This document shows, in pieces, positions 36,196 to 46,224 of a stretch of 64,000 bases of DNA. The stretch comes from a virus, in IMG/VR virus record IMGVR_UViG_3300045988_168232, positions 46,269-110,268 of that record. One strand, 5' to 3'. How positions within the stretch are numbered: the stretch's first letter is position 1; each line of letters opens with the position of its first letter. The notes beneath the pieces were generated by a model, which saw only the letters and a program-made list of their open reading frames with translations, was not told the origin of the DNA and ran no database searches. The translations under genes and the position numbers were made by a program.

Positions 36196-38354
36196 TGTAT
36201 CTGCTCCTTTCCGTTGCTATAAACTCGTTTAGCAGCTTCTACCTGGCGGTCTTGGCCAAAGGTTTTAATGGGGCGTAAATAGCCGATGACCCTTGTGTAC
36301 TGAGTGATATGCAAACCTCCGCATTTGGGACACACAATAATCGGTTTCTTAATGATATGACCACAATCTTCACATTTGCTGTTCGGAACATTGAACGTGA
36401 AATAACTGGTACCGTTCTCAATGGCAAAGTCAATCAGCTTCAGATATTGTTCTTTGCTAAGGTGATCTTCCAAATTGATATGAGCGGCAGAACCTCCATC
36501 AGTATATTGATAAGTCTGTCGGCCATGCAGAATAAATTTGTCCAATACAGAGGTGTCATCGTGGGCATTATAGAAATAACTGTTATACAGGTTCTCGTCT
36601 TCGGGTACCCAATAACCGTCTTCTTTATCCCAGTTGTAGTTCTTACCGCCTAATCCTTCTGCTGGAACAACCTCACTGTTAAACAAGAAAGGCCGTTTGC
36701 GGTCGTGAACGGAATACAGTTTATTTTGCTCCTTAATCGTGCCCAATATTAATTGTAAGAATCGGATGTATTCAGGATTGTTAGACACTTGCATACCTAA
36801 GAAACGGGCTGCCTCATTCAAACCATTAATGCCTATGGTGCTATATAGTTTGGACATATAGATATAGCCGCCATTGGAAGCAGCAAACATACCTTGCTCC
36901 TCCAAGTCATACAACATTGTCTTAAATGCAATATGATATTTATACACCCTTTTTAGGATCTCTACAAGATAATCTTTAATGAAAGAAGTGTTTTCCACCC
37001 AACCTCCATGAAGACCGTATGCTTTTACACAGTCTTGGATAATCCTATTGATATTCAAGGTAATCACATTGCAACTTCCTGTCATAACGCCTGTAAGACC
37101 AGATGTAGGACTGAAGGTGTTTTCTGACACCTCATTCCTAAGTCGACAACAACTTGCAAGGCTATCTGCACTATCGGAAATATATGTAAAAAACGAATGT
37201 CCTTCTGCATACATCTCGGCGCACAATTGCTTGTAGTCTTGGTCAACGATGTCTTTTCCATCGTGTACCATCGCGAAGGTCTCTACGGGGAAAGTCAATA
37301 CTTGCTTCAGGCGTATTTGGTTAAACCACTTCATAAAAAGTCGTTGCAAGGTATCAATCGCTTCCCATTCAGGTTTAGAAGCATCTGGGTAGCAAAAGTT
37401 CTTGAACAACGAATGGAAATATGTCTGGTCGTAGTAAGAGATGTTAGTGAATGGGCTTTGATAACTACGGTTGCCTGCCGGTTGATTCACACCCCACACA
37501 AATTGTTTGAACGCTTTTAGAATACTGTCCTTGACTGTACGTTGGATTTTACAATGAGAAGTAGATACTATACAGTCCAATTTCTCATACCACAACGGAC
37601 CAAATTCCATCACAGCATAGTAATTGAGGGCAATAAAGTACTCGCCAAATGCTACAGCTCCTTTGCATTGTGATGAAAGCAAAAAAGCAAGATTGGTAAT
37701 CTGCCCACTGAATGATTGTAAGTCGTTAGGTTCACTGGGAGTTACGCCATCAATATTACCCACACCTTCCGTCATCAAAGGATAAAGTGATACCGCTTGA
37801 CAATAGAACTTGGTGGTAGGTACGCTAGCCTCGTCATGTGTGTATATAATATGATGATTGAGGTCTTTTTCATATTGTTCAGCAACCTTTGGATAGAGTT
37901 TTTGCAATTCATTTTTCATACGCTGCCGTTGGATTAAACGGTTGGTGGTTTTATACACCTCACCTTCCAAATTGGCTACATTCTTCATGGTCACATTGGC
38001 ATTGCCATCGGTTTCTGAAGATGTGGCGGCATTATCTGAAGAATTACTATATCGGTCCATATAATCAATGCGCTCACGGATAAAGCGTGCCTCTTGATGT
38101 TGTTGGCGGTACAAGATAAATGCCTTAGCCACATCACAGTGGCCGGACTGCATTAGCGACCTTTCTACCATGTCTTGTATTTTTTCCACTGAAATCGGAT
38201 TCTCTAACATAGCACAATCCAGCCACATCTTCACTTCTGTTACAATGGTATCGTCATACTCAACGCCTTGGCTTTCAAACGCCTTTCTGACAGCTGTTTC
38301 AATTTTGTTCAGGTCAAAATCCATCAATTGACCATTCCTCTTTAGTACTTTCAT
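36192..38354 (-). CDS. nrdD: anaerobic (class III) ribonucleoside-triphosphate reductase
   Basis: It has an N-terminal ATP-cone-like region (VLKRNGQLMDFDLNKI) and a C-terminal Zn ribbon (CEDCGH...CPKCGG). The glycyl-radical motif TRVIGYLRP is present. Length is 720 aa. Confidence 0.9.
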   Translation of the reverse strand: MKVLKRNGQLMDFDLNKIETAVRKAFESQGVEYDDTIVTEVKMWLDCAMLENPISVEKIQDMVERSLMQSGHCDVAKAFILYRQQHQEARFIRERIDYMDRYSNSSDNAATSSETDGNANVTMKNVANLEGEVYKTTNRLIQRQRMKNELQKLYPKVAEQYEKDLNHHIIYTHDEASVPTTKFYCQAVSLYPLMTEGVGNIDGVTPSEPNDLQSFSGQITNLAFLLSSQCKGAVAFGEYFIALNYYAVMEFGPLWYEKLDCIVSTSHCKIQRTVKDSILKAFKQFVWGVNQPAGNRSYQSPFTNISYYDQTYFHSLFKNFCYPDASKPEWEAIDTLQRLFMKWFNQIRLKQVLTFPVETFAMVHDGKDIVDQDYKQLCAEMYAEGHSFFTYISDSADSLASCCRLRNEVSENTFSPTSGLTGVMTGSCNVITLNINRIIQDCVKAYGLHGGWVENTSFIKDYLVEILKRVYKYHIAFKTMLYDLEEQGMFAASNGGYIYMSKLYSTIGINGLNEAARFLGMQVSNNPEYIRFLQLILGTIKEQNKLYSVHDRKRPFLFNSEVVPAEGLGGKNYNWDKEDGYWVPEDENLYNSYFYNAHDDTSVLDKFILHGRQTYQYTDGGSAAHINLEDHLSKEQYLKLIDFAIENGTSYFTFNVPNSKCEDCGHIIKKPIIVCPKCGGLHITQYTRVIGYLRPIKTFGQDRQVEAAKRVYSNGKEQIQ

Positions 38355-38402
38355 AACATTTACAAATTTTACAATCAGAGTCCGGGATTATCCACAGACC
38401 GA

Positions 38403-38415
38403 CACTTAATAATAG
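38403..38415 (-). promoter_or_regulatory. CTATTAT motif on the minus strand upstream of nrdD
   Basis: The minus strand reads CTATTATTAAGTG. It lies in the 67-nt gap between 38422 and the nrdD start at 38354. Confidence 0.3.
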
Positions 38416-38421
38416 CATTCA

Positions 38422-38826
38422 TTAAATAAACCGGAAATAATGTTTCAGGGCACAGACGGTATCACTGATTTCTTGGAATGTGATGTACTGCACTTCATAC
38501 CCATTCATATCGGTCACAGCCGGTTTATAGTCGGAGATAGAAAGATTGCGGACTTCCGATTTAAATATGTCGTATTCCATTTCTGAAAGAGGATGCTCGT
38601 TGTTGCTGAGGCGTTCCAGTAGAACTCTTACCCATACAGGAGCATAGAATTTGGAATCTTTACCTCTCTGTTCTATATCCAGTCTCTTTGCTTTCAATAT
38701 ATTCAATGCAAGTGGCAATATATTGCTCAGTTTCTGAAAGTCCCGTTGGGATTTGCCGGACTGGAAATCTTCAATTATGCTGATGGCTCCATTCAGTTGT
38801 TCGATGGTGATATCATTCTGCTTCAT
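38422..38826 (-). CDS. hypothetical protein
   Basis: A 134-aa ORF upstream of nrdD. Confidence 0.5.
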   Translation of the reverse strand: MKQNDITIEQLNGAISIIEDFQSGKSQRDFQKLSNILPLALNILKAKRLDIEQRGKDSKFYAPVWVRVLLERLSNNEHPLSEMEYDIFKSEVRNLSISDYKPAVTDMNGYEVQYITFQEISDTVCALKHYFRFI

Positions 38827-39016
38827 ATTCCATGCCCTCCGTATTTTCTGTTTCTTCTATCTGGTACGGTATTACTGACTGAATGTATTCCAGCCCTCTG
38901 ATTTGATGGATTAGGCTGTCTATGCAATTGCCCTGGATGAAATTAAGGATGATGCTGCATACAAGTAACAGAAATAATGCGAGGATACAGCCGTTGTTCG
39001 ATTTTTCTTGTTTCAT
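38813..39016 (-). CDS. small membrane protein
   Basis: A 67-aa ORF with a hydrophobic segment, GCILALFLLLVCSIILNFI. Confidence 0.4.
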   Translation of the reverse strand: MKQEKSNNGCILALFLLLVCSIILNFIQGNCIDSLIHQIRGLEYIQSVIPYQIEETENTEGMEYEAE

Positions 39017-39734
39017 TATGTTTTAGATTTAATGAAACACTGCTTTAATCAATTTAGTATTAAAAATATACTGTCTTATTTATGGTTTCTTTTTATATCT
39101 GTAATTTTTCTTACTTCTCGTCTAAGTAGTTTTGAATGCCTACTTATGCTGCAATTATACATGATTTAATGGATAAAAACCACTGTTTTGAATCAATTTG
39201 AGAGTATTTAATATACTCCCCCTTTACCCTTAGCAAGAAGAAAGGAGCCGCCTAAATATTAAAAATAAATATTATAGAATAACCTTTTTCTTGTAAGTTT
39301 CGTAAGATATTTCATTCTTACAGACTGCAAGTACCACTTCGCCCTCAACCTCGTTGCTTTTTTCTTCGGAATACCGCTTGCTATTGCCAGTTGTCAGGGG
39401 GGACGGACATTGCTGGACTTATTTGCAACGTGTACTTCAGTCGGAGCCATTTTATCTCAGGAGAACCTGTCTCCCTGGGTTGGCACGGATAGAACCCTAT
39501 ATTAATAAGCCGCTTTTTACAGAAACGTAAACCACTTATAGTGGCAGTGAAAACTGGCATAAGATACTTCTTGGTCGCCCATTCCTCATATCTCCAGTGT
39601 CGCTGTCGGAACCTCTTGCTCTTACCATAGCTCCCACTTTTATTAAACCTGCAATGGGATGCGGATCTTTTCTTTTTACCAAATGGCTGGCTAAGAATTA
39701 GTAAAAACCGATATAATGGAAATCTTGTAAAACA

Positions 39735-39776
39735 ATAAATCCCCGTGTCAATGTTGATTGAGCTACGGGGATTTAT
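39735..39776. other. 12-bp perfect hairpin in the ORF-free region
   Basis: ATAAATCCCCGT (39735-39746) pairs with ACGGGGATTTAT (39765-39776). It is flanked by an A-run and a T-rich sequence. Confidence 0.5.
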
Positions 39777-39784
39777 AAAAAGAA

Positions 39785-39823
39785 AAAATCCACAAGCTAA
39801 AGTGGTGGCGCTTGCGGATTTTT
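39785..39823 (+). terminator. terminator-like hairpin (+ strand) with no annotated upstream gene
   Basis: AAAATCCACAAGC (39785-39797) pairs with GCTTGCGGATTTT (39810-39822) with one A-C mismatch. It ends in a T-run. Confidence 0.4.
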
Positions 39824-40223
39824 AGTATATTTGTCGAAGCCGGTAGGCTCTTGGCATAATACTCAATATGTATATTCGCTTTGTAGAGCCACCACGTTCA
39901 ACATTGCGATGCAAATATAAGTGTATATTTTAGACTGTGCAAATATTTTTGTGGTAAAAACATGTATAATTAAATATTTAACATTTCTAAACATAAACTC
40001 TCTCTTCTTATATATTTATGTACGCACGTGAATACGATATTTATTGACTTGTTTGGTGTACATGTTTGTTTGTATGTATAATATTGAATACCAGTTGATT
40101 AATAAATATTTAATATACATATAGAAAAATATTTTGAAAATATTTTGATTATCTAAAATCTTTTTCTCACCTTTGCCAATGAAATATTTGATGTACAACA
40201 TAAATCTATCGTAAAATGAAAAC

Positions 40224-40751
40224 ATGATTAGAGGAAAAGGAAAATTGATTAAGGTGGCGGGAAACACAGTGGCTGATGAATTTTATCGAGCGTGTGAAAA
40301 GCTGCCGGACAATGACAATTATTTGTTTGTTATTTGTGACGATACGAAAAATAGGAATTTACCTTATTTATCCTATTTTTTTTCCGTAGTATTAAAATAC
40401 ATTTCGGATTCTTTACCGGACCATCCGGGTACTACGGCTCTCTACAAATATTTTGAGGATATGTTTGCTCCGATACATACCGTCAAAATAAACAATAAGC
40501 AGTTTGAATATTGCGAATTAAAATCGGAGAAAGCAAGTGATGTCAACAACATTATAGAGAAGGTTGTTGAATATGCCCTAAAGGAATGGGGCATTGAGGT
40601 TCCCAGACAAGAGGACTTGAAAGACCCTGAAGTTAGGGAACTGCATAGCCAAGCCTACCTGAATCAGGAGGTAGAATGGAGCAATTTTATCTCTTCGCGC
40701 AAAAAAATATCTAAAGATGAGCGAAGAAACAAGAAAACTGAGCGCATTTGA
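40224..40751 (+). CDS. hypothetical protein (first gene of the rightward replication block)
   Basis: A 175-aa ORF with no motif recognised. Confidence 0.5.
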   Translation: MIRGKGKLIKVAGNTVADEFYRACEKLPDNDNYLFVICDDTKNRNLPYLSYFFSVVLKYISDSLPDHPGTTALYKYFEDMFAPIHTVKINNKQFEYCELKSEKASDVNNIIEKVVEYALKEWGIEVPRQEDLKDPEVRELHSQAYLNQEVEWSNFISSRKKISKDERRNKKTERI

Positions 40752-42168
40752 AGCGTTCGCCCAAACCCAGCAAACGTATGCTGAAGCTGAAGAAAAAGCA
40801 AAACAAGAAGCCGGTTCCCCCAAAGTTGAGCGTTTTAGAATAGGAGAAGATGGCGAGTATTCAATCCGCATTTTGCCTTTGGCTCCTAATTTTGATGAAA
40901 ATGGCAATATCTTGCCTATGGAGCGTAAGGGATATGAGTATGCGGTTCATCAATTCTTTTTAACTATTAAAGCACCTGCCAAAAAAGGCGGTAAGGCAAA
41001 GAAACTGAGCATTCCAGTTATTCGTACTACAGACAAAGAGGTAGGTTTTTCTGTTGACTTGATTGACACTTATCTCAAGATTGCCAAAGAAATGTATGCT
41101 GATGATGAAAAGTTGATCAAGTTCATATCAGACAACGCATACAGTGGCGGTCTCCGTTGGAATTACCAACACGCAATCATGGTTCTTGATGTTTCAAGTG
41201 ATAAAGAACGTGCAAAAGGTCCGCAATTATGGCAATGTTCGCATAGCCAGTATAAGGATATTGATTCAGCAAAAATGCGTCTGTGGAAGGAATTGAGAGA
41301 AGATGGTGAACAAGAAACATGTCCGATTTCCAGCTTTACTGATGCCTATCCTGTTAAGGTTATTCGTAGTAATAATAATGGCAAGACTGAATATACTGTT
41401 GAAATTGGTCGTAAAACACTTAATATCAAAGAGGAGGAAGCTGAGAAATTGCTTGAACTTCCTCGTATTCCCGAACAATTGTATCGTTATACAAGATACC
41501 AGTTTGAAGCAACTTTGGTATTCTTGCAGCAATATGATGAAGAGCACGACATGGAAGTATGTAAGGAGCCAGACTTCATAGAGGCTGTAGAGAAACTGAA
41601 AGGTGAGCTTCCAGCAGATGATAATTCACACTTTGATTTAAGTGGTGCTGCTTCTAAGGATAGTAGTAAGGAAGAAACTACTATTGATTCTTTATGGGCC
41701 GAATATGATGTTATCGTTGACCAAGATTTGAATGAAAAATCTGATGAATATCAGGAGCTTCGTGAAAAGATTCGTCAATTTATCGAAGATAATGGCATTG
41801 ATGTTCGTATTTCTCGTTCAAAGAACAATCAGCAGTTGCTGGAAGAAATTGATGAGGCGTTAGATGAAAAGGCTAAGAATAAGCCAAAAGAAGAAAAGAA
41901 AGAAGAGACTGTTGCACAGCCATCTCGTCGTGCTCCGAAACCTAAAGTTGAAGAGCCGGAAGATAAACCAGAAAACGGTGATGAAAATGATGGTGATGTC
42001 AAAACGGAAGAAGAAAAAGTGGATGAAACACCTCGCCGCCGCCGTGCTCGGCCTGGTAGAGAAGAGAGTGAAGAAGCTCCAGCAGAAAAAACTGAAGATG
42101 AGACATCTGAATCTGCTACAGAAGAAGAGGCTCCACGTCGCAGACTTCATTCCCGTCGTTTAAGATAA
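40717..42168 (+). CDS. ssDNA-binding protein, T4 gp32-like (tentative), with a long charged tail
   Basis: GEDGEYSIRILPLAPNFDENG resembles the gp32-family motif 'G.a.iRFLP'. The C-terminal ~150 aa are extremely E/K/D-rich. It sits at the head of the replication module. Confidence 0.45.
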   Translation: MSEETRKLSAFEAFAQTQQTYAEAEEKAKQEAGSPKVERFRIGEDGEYSIRILPLAPNFDENGNILPMERKGYEYAVHQFFLTIKAPAKKGGKAKKLSIPVIRTTDKEVGFSVDLIDTYLKIAKEMYADDEKLIKFISDNAYSGGLRWNYQHAIMVLDVSSDKERAKGPQLWQCSHSQYKDIDSAKMRLWKELREDGEQETCPISSFTDAYPVKVIRSNNNGKTEYTVEIGRKTLNIKEEEAEKLLELPRIPEQLYRYTRYQFEATLVFLQQYDEEHDMEVCKEPDFIEAVEKLKGELPADDNSHFDLSGAASKDSSKEETTIDSLWAEYDVIVDQDLNEKSDEYQELREKIRQFIEDNGIDVRISRSKNNQQLLEEIDEALDEKAKNKPKEEKKEETVAQPSRRAPKPKVEEPEDKPENGDENDGDVKTEEEKVDETPRRRRARPGREESEEAPAEKTEDETSESATEEEAPRRRLHSRRLR

Positions 42169-42200
42169 CTCAATCTTTAGATAATAATTGTGTGTTTCAG

Positions 42201-42238
42201 AGGGGGCATTTGGATATGTCCTATGCCCCCTTATTTTC
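42201..42238 (+). terminator. rho-independent terminator
   Basis: AGGGGGCAT (42201-42209) pairs with ATGCCCCCT (42223-42231), followed by TATTTT. Confidence 0.6.
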
Positions 42239-42262
42239 TAATCTTAATCATAGACAGGTATA

Positions 42263-43297
42263 ATGAAGGACGCTATAGCTTTATTAATCAATGACATCCA
42301 TGTTAATAAAGACAATATTTCTGACTTTAATCAGAATTGGGATGAAATGCTTACAATATGTAAACGTGAAAATATCGCCGACATTGTGGTCGGTGGTGAT
42401 ATGTTTACTTCAAGGGCATCACAAACGCTTGCTACGCTACTTGCTGTCAAACATGCTTTAGATAAGGCTGTTGCTCAGGGCATATATGTAACTATTGCAG
42501 AGGGAAACCATGACCAAATAGATCAGGAATCATTTGAGGGCTATAATCATTTATGGGTAGGACAAAAAGGCATTGAAGTCATAGATGTATATAAGGTTTT
42601 GATGTGGGAGGATTGTGATTTTGTTCTGCTTGTGATGAGTTATTTTCCGGAGGACGGATCATTTTTGGAACGCATGTGGCATGCAGTCCAAGACACATTG
42701 CAACAGTACCCGAATATTTCTAAGAGTGATATTGTCCTATATATTCATCAGGGGGTTCATGGGGCATTAGGGGAGTTTGAAATTTCCAGTGAATTGCCAC
42801 AAGAACCATTGCTTGGCTTTAAAGCAGTATTGTGTGGGCACTATCATAATCGCGTAAAAATCAAGAATACAAATATTGAATATATAGGTTCTTCACGCCA
42901 GGGGAATTTTGGTGAAGATGAAGAGAAAGGATACACTATATTGTATTCCGATGGTTCTTATGGATTTGTGAAGAATGAGGTTAATACCCGTTATAAAACA
43001 ATCGAATTAAATGCGGATAGGGCTGATAATTTCCAATTTGACAAGGATGAACGGTACAAGTATAAGGTCAAAGTAAAATGTAATGAAAAACAGGCTAAAC
43101 TTTTTGACAAGCAGAAGCTATTGGACTTAGGTTTTCATAAAGTTGAAGTGGTTACTGAAAATATTGTGTCTAAAGAATCCGCAGCGTCTGGTATTCAAGA
43201 GAAGTATGACAAACAAGGAATTAAAAAGGAGTATCAGAATTATTGCAATGAAAATTCAATAGACAGCAGACTGGGTATCAAATATTTGGAGGGTTAA
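42263..43297 (+). CDS. SbcD/Mre11/gp47-like nuclease (calcineurin-like phosphoesterase)
   Basis: The motifs appear in order: LINDIH (DxH), VVGGDMF (GD), AEGNHDQ (GNHD), YIHQGVHG and CGHYHNR (GHxH). Confidence 0.8.
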   Translation: MKDAIALLINDIHVNKDNISDFNQNWDEMLTICKRENIADIVVGGDMFTSRASQTLATLLAVKHALDKAVAQGIYVTIAEGNHDQIDQESFEGYNHLWVGQKGIEVIDVYKVLMWEDCDFVLLVMSYFPEDGSFLERMWHAVQDTLQQYPNISKSDIVLYIHQGVHGALGEFEISSELPQEPLLGFKAVLCGHYHNRVKIKNTNIEYIGSSRQGNFGEDEEKGYTILYSDGSYGFVKNEVNTRYKTIELNADRADNFQFDKDERYKYKVKVKCNEKQAKLFDKQKLLDLGFHKVEVVTENIVSKESAASGIQEKYDKQGIKKEYQNYCNENSIDSRLGIKYLEG

Positions 43298-43300
43298 GCT

Positions 43301-45670
43301 ATGTGGAAATTATTAGAAATAAAAATCAACAATATTATCTCTTTTCGTGAAGCGTCACTCTCCATAGAGCAAGGGGTTGCTACGCTTATATTTGGCAAGA
43401 ATGAGGACAATTCCTCTCAGCCTTGTAATGGTTCTGGAAAATCATCATTGATAGAGGCTATCTCTTTTGCACTCACAGGTGAGCAGTTGCGTAAAGTAAA
43501 GAGCGTGGAGGAAATCATAAACGATCACGCTGATGATGCTTATGTGTATGTTAGGTTGGGAAATGATTACAATAACACCATATTCACAATAGAGCGTACC
43601 ATTAGTCGTAACGCTCCGCAAAGTATTGAATGCCATAAGTATGATTCTTTTGGTGAAGAGATTGAGATAGACAAGACCGTTCAACCTACAGTCTTGGATT
43701 ATAATAAGTTTATTCTCAGTGAGATTGGATTAACTAAGGATGATATTTATAATAATTTTATCCTTTGTGATAACAAATACGAGGGTTTCTTTGATTGCTC
43801 TGACAAAAACAAGAAAGAAATAATCAACCGCTTCAGTAATGGCATTATCATTGATGATAGTATCGCTCGTGTACAAGCGGATATGCTTCCTGTGGAGTCT
43901 GAACTTACAGAAGCGAATAATAAAGTTATCAATGTAAAAGGTTCTATTTCGGCTATCGAAAATGAGCTGGAGCATGTTGACGAGAAGAAAGCCAATGCCA
44001 GACAGGAACGTGAAGTGCGTATTGAACGGTTGGATAGGCAGATACAAAAGTGTCGTGATGATATTGAGGTTGCCGAGGACAAGCAGCGGAAAGCGGAAGT
44101 AAGACTGGAATTGTTGCATAAACTTCAGGACGAGGTACTGGATTTGGAAGAATCCGATTTGTCGTTATTGGAAGCATATGGTCGTGTAAAAACAATTTGT
44201 TTAGAAAATGAACTGGAAGCTGTCAGTGAGTTTGACGTTTTGTCTGAAAAATATAAGAACCAGTTAGTTGAACAGCAGGAAGATATAAAGGACATAAAAG
44301 CCAAGATTGATGATGCGGAAACTATATTTCTCAAGCGTAAGGATGAATACAGAAAATGTTCTGACTTATACCAGAGTCATCGTGACGAGGAATTAAAGCT
44401 GAGTGCCGATGATGTGGCTCTGAAGGAAAAAATCAATGGCGAAATTGATAATATAGAGAAAAAGCTGGATAAAATCGAAGATGATATTAATTCCAACAAG
44501 AAGCGCCAGGCTGAATTGGAAACTATGATTGCCCGAAACTCTGCTTTGATGGATGGTGTAATTATTTGTCCTAAATGTCAACATAATTTTTTTGTTGATG
44601 GCGATGTTTCTGTTGATGATGTAAGGAAAACTTTGATCAGCCTTCGTACTGAAATGGAGGAGAAGAAAACAGAAGTCAAGAAGTTGGTGGAAGAATTCGA
44701 TCTTATTGATGAGAAGTGTGAGGCTAAGAGTGAAGAAGTAAATGCTATCGTTAAAAAGGCCAAGAACCGTACCAATGCACTTGAGGAAGAGTATCGTGCA
44801 TTAAGAACATTATCTTCTGAAGTTGACAATGCGGAAAGCAATGTGAATAATCTTCGTAAAAAATTGGTTGCTTCCGAAAATGAGCTTGACCGTTTGAATG
44901 GAAAGATAGAGGTGATGCGTAATCGTCTTTTTGGAGAAATAACTAGCATCTTGGAGGGCCGTATCATGAATGGAAAAAGCTATATAGAGCAACAGGTTTC
45001 TTCCATTACGTTTGCCAAAGGGCAAATGTGTCAGTATCAGCAGTCAAAGAAAGAACTTGTTGAGACTCCTGAAACAGATTTTGCGACTTCATTGAAAGAA
45101 TCATTGGAAAAGTATCAGAATGAGCTACAAAAAGCAGAGGAAATTGCATCGGAGATACAGTCTGAGTACAATAAGCTGAAAGAGCAGGAACTTAACTTCA
45201 CAATGTTCAAGTCGTACATAGCGAACAAGAAGATTGATGCCCTTTCTCTTATTGTGAATGATTTCTTAGAAAAGATTGGCTCTGATATCCGTTTAAAATT
45301 AGAGGGATTTACTGTTACAAAGACCGGTAAGTTTAGAGATAAGATTTCTGTCCAAGTAATGCGTGATGGCATTGATTGTGGTTCCTACCATAAGTTTTCT
45401 GGTGGTGAAAAGGCACGGTTGAATCTGGCGTGTATTTTGTCATTGCACACTCTTACAAATTCTAATTGTGAGGATGGTAAAGGCTTGGACTTCATTATTA
45501 TAGATGAGCTGCTCGATAAGTCTGATGAGGTTGGCATGGCGACTTATTGCGAAGCATTAAATAAACTTGGCCAAACAGCTTTGCTTATTACTCAGGGTGG
45601 CATATCTGAAGGATATCCGCATAAGCTATTAATAGTTAAGAAACAAGGTGTTTCAACAATCCTTAAATAA
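43301..45670 (+). CDS. SbcC/Rad50/gp46-like ATPase
   Basis: Walker A is CNGSGKSSLIEAI. A long coiled coil carries the CPKC Zn-hook. The ABC signature FSGGEKARL and Walker B DFIIIDELLD are both present. Confidence 0.85.
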   Translation: MWKLLEIKINNIISFREASLSIEQGVATLIFGKNEDNSSQPCNGSGKSSLIEAISFALTGEQLRKVKSVEEIINDHADDAYVYVRLGNDYNNTIFTIERTISRNAPQSIECHKYDSFGEEIEIDKTVQPTVLDYNKFILSEIGLTKDDIYNNFILCDNKYEGFFDCSDKNKKEIINRFSNGIIIDDSIARVQADMLPVESELTEANNKVINVKGSISAIENELEHVDEKKANARQEREVRIERLDRQIQKCRDDIEVAEDKQRKAEVRLELLHKLQDEVLDLEESDLSLLEAYGRVKTICLENELEAVSEFDVLSEKYKNQLVEQQEDIKDIKAKIDDAETIFLKRKDEYRKCSDLYQSHRDEELKLSADDVALKEKINGEIDNIEKKLDKIEDDINSNKKRQAELETMIARNSALMDGVIICPKCQHNFFVDGDVSVDDVRKTLISLRTEMEEKKTEVKKLVEEFDLIDEKCEAKSEEVNAIVKKAKNRTNALEEEYRALRTLSSEVDNAESNVNNLRKKLVASENELDRLNGKIEVMRNRLFGEITSILEGRIMNGKSYIEQQVSSITFAKGQMCQYQQSKKELVETPETDFATSLKESLEKYQNELQKAEEIASEIQSEYNKLKEQELNFTMFKSYIANKKIDALSLIVNDFLEKIGSDIRLKLEGFTVTKTGKFRDKISVQVMRDGIDCGSYHKFSGGEKARLNLACILSLHTLTNSNCEDGKGLDFIIIDELLDKSDEVGMATYCEALNKLGQTALLITQGGISEGYPHKLLIVKKQGVSTILK

Positions 45671-46178
45671 TAGTATTATGCAGAAATTGACAGAAGAATA
45701 TGTAAGCCAACTCAAAAGAGGTGATATCATGGCATTTGATGTAGCCACTCATTGTGGTTACTATACTCTTGGTGATTATGGAACCGCTCATTTCCCAAAT
45801 ACAGAAAAGGCCCCTAAAAAAATGGGGCTTGACTATGCGCAACATAAGGCTTTTAGAAAATGGCTTATAGATATTTTGACCTCTCATAATATCAAAGCTG
45901 TTGCGGCAGAAGATGTTGTGTTCGGTCATTTTGTGGACTTCAGAAAACTTTGTGAATTTAGGGGTATTTTGTTTGAAGTATGCGAAACGCTGGATATACC
46001 AATAGTGACTTTTAAGCCATCTGACATAAAGAAGCATGGTACTGGTAAGGGTAATGCGGATAAAAAGATGATGATGGAGTTTGCAGAAAAGCGTTATCAC
46101 ATTGAGGTAAATGGTGACGATAATCTTGCTGATGCGATTCATATCTACATGTATTTCATTCATCGGTATAAACTTTAA
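45648..46178 (+). CDS. RuvC-like Holliday junction resolvase
   Basis: Contains MAFDVATHCGY (Asp1), AVAAEDVVF (Glu), KKHGTGKGNADKKMM and DNLADAIHI (DxxDA). The true start may be an internal ATG, for example MQKLTEEY. Confidence 0.7.
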   Translation: MFQQSLNNSIMQKLTEEYVSQLKRGDIMAFDVATHCGYYTLGDYGTAHFPNTEKAPKKMGLDYAQHKAFRKWLIDILTSHNIKAVAAEDVVFGHFVDFRKLCEFRGILFEVCETLDIPIVTFKPSDIKKHGTGKGNADKKMMMEFAEKRYHIEVNGDDNLADAIHIYMYFIHRYKL

Positions 46179-46224
46179 TAAGTGGCGGTATGATTGGAAT
46201 TTATTTAGAAAATCAAATCAATAA

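Noticed and set aside
39384-39770. A ~129-codon stop-free frame on the minus strand in the ORF-free region.
   Set aside because: It has no ATG until 54 codons from its end. The translation is R/K/F/C-rich and non-protein-like. The long open frame is probably a by-product of the locally higher GC content. A gene remnant cannot be excluded without BLASTX.
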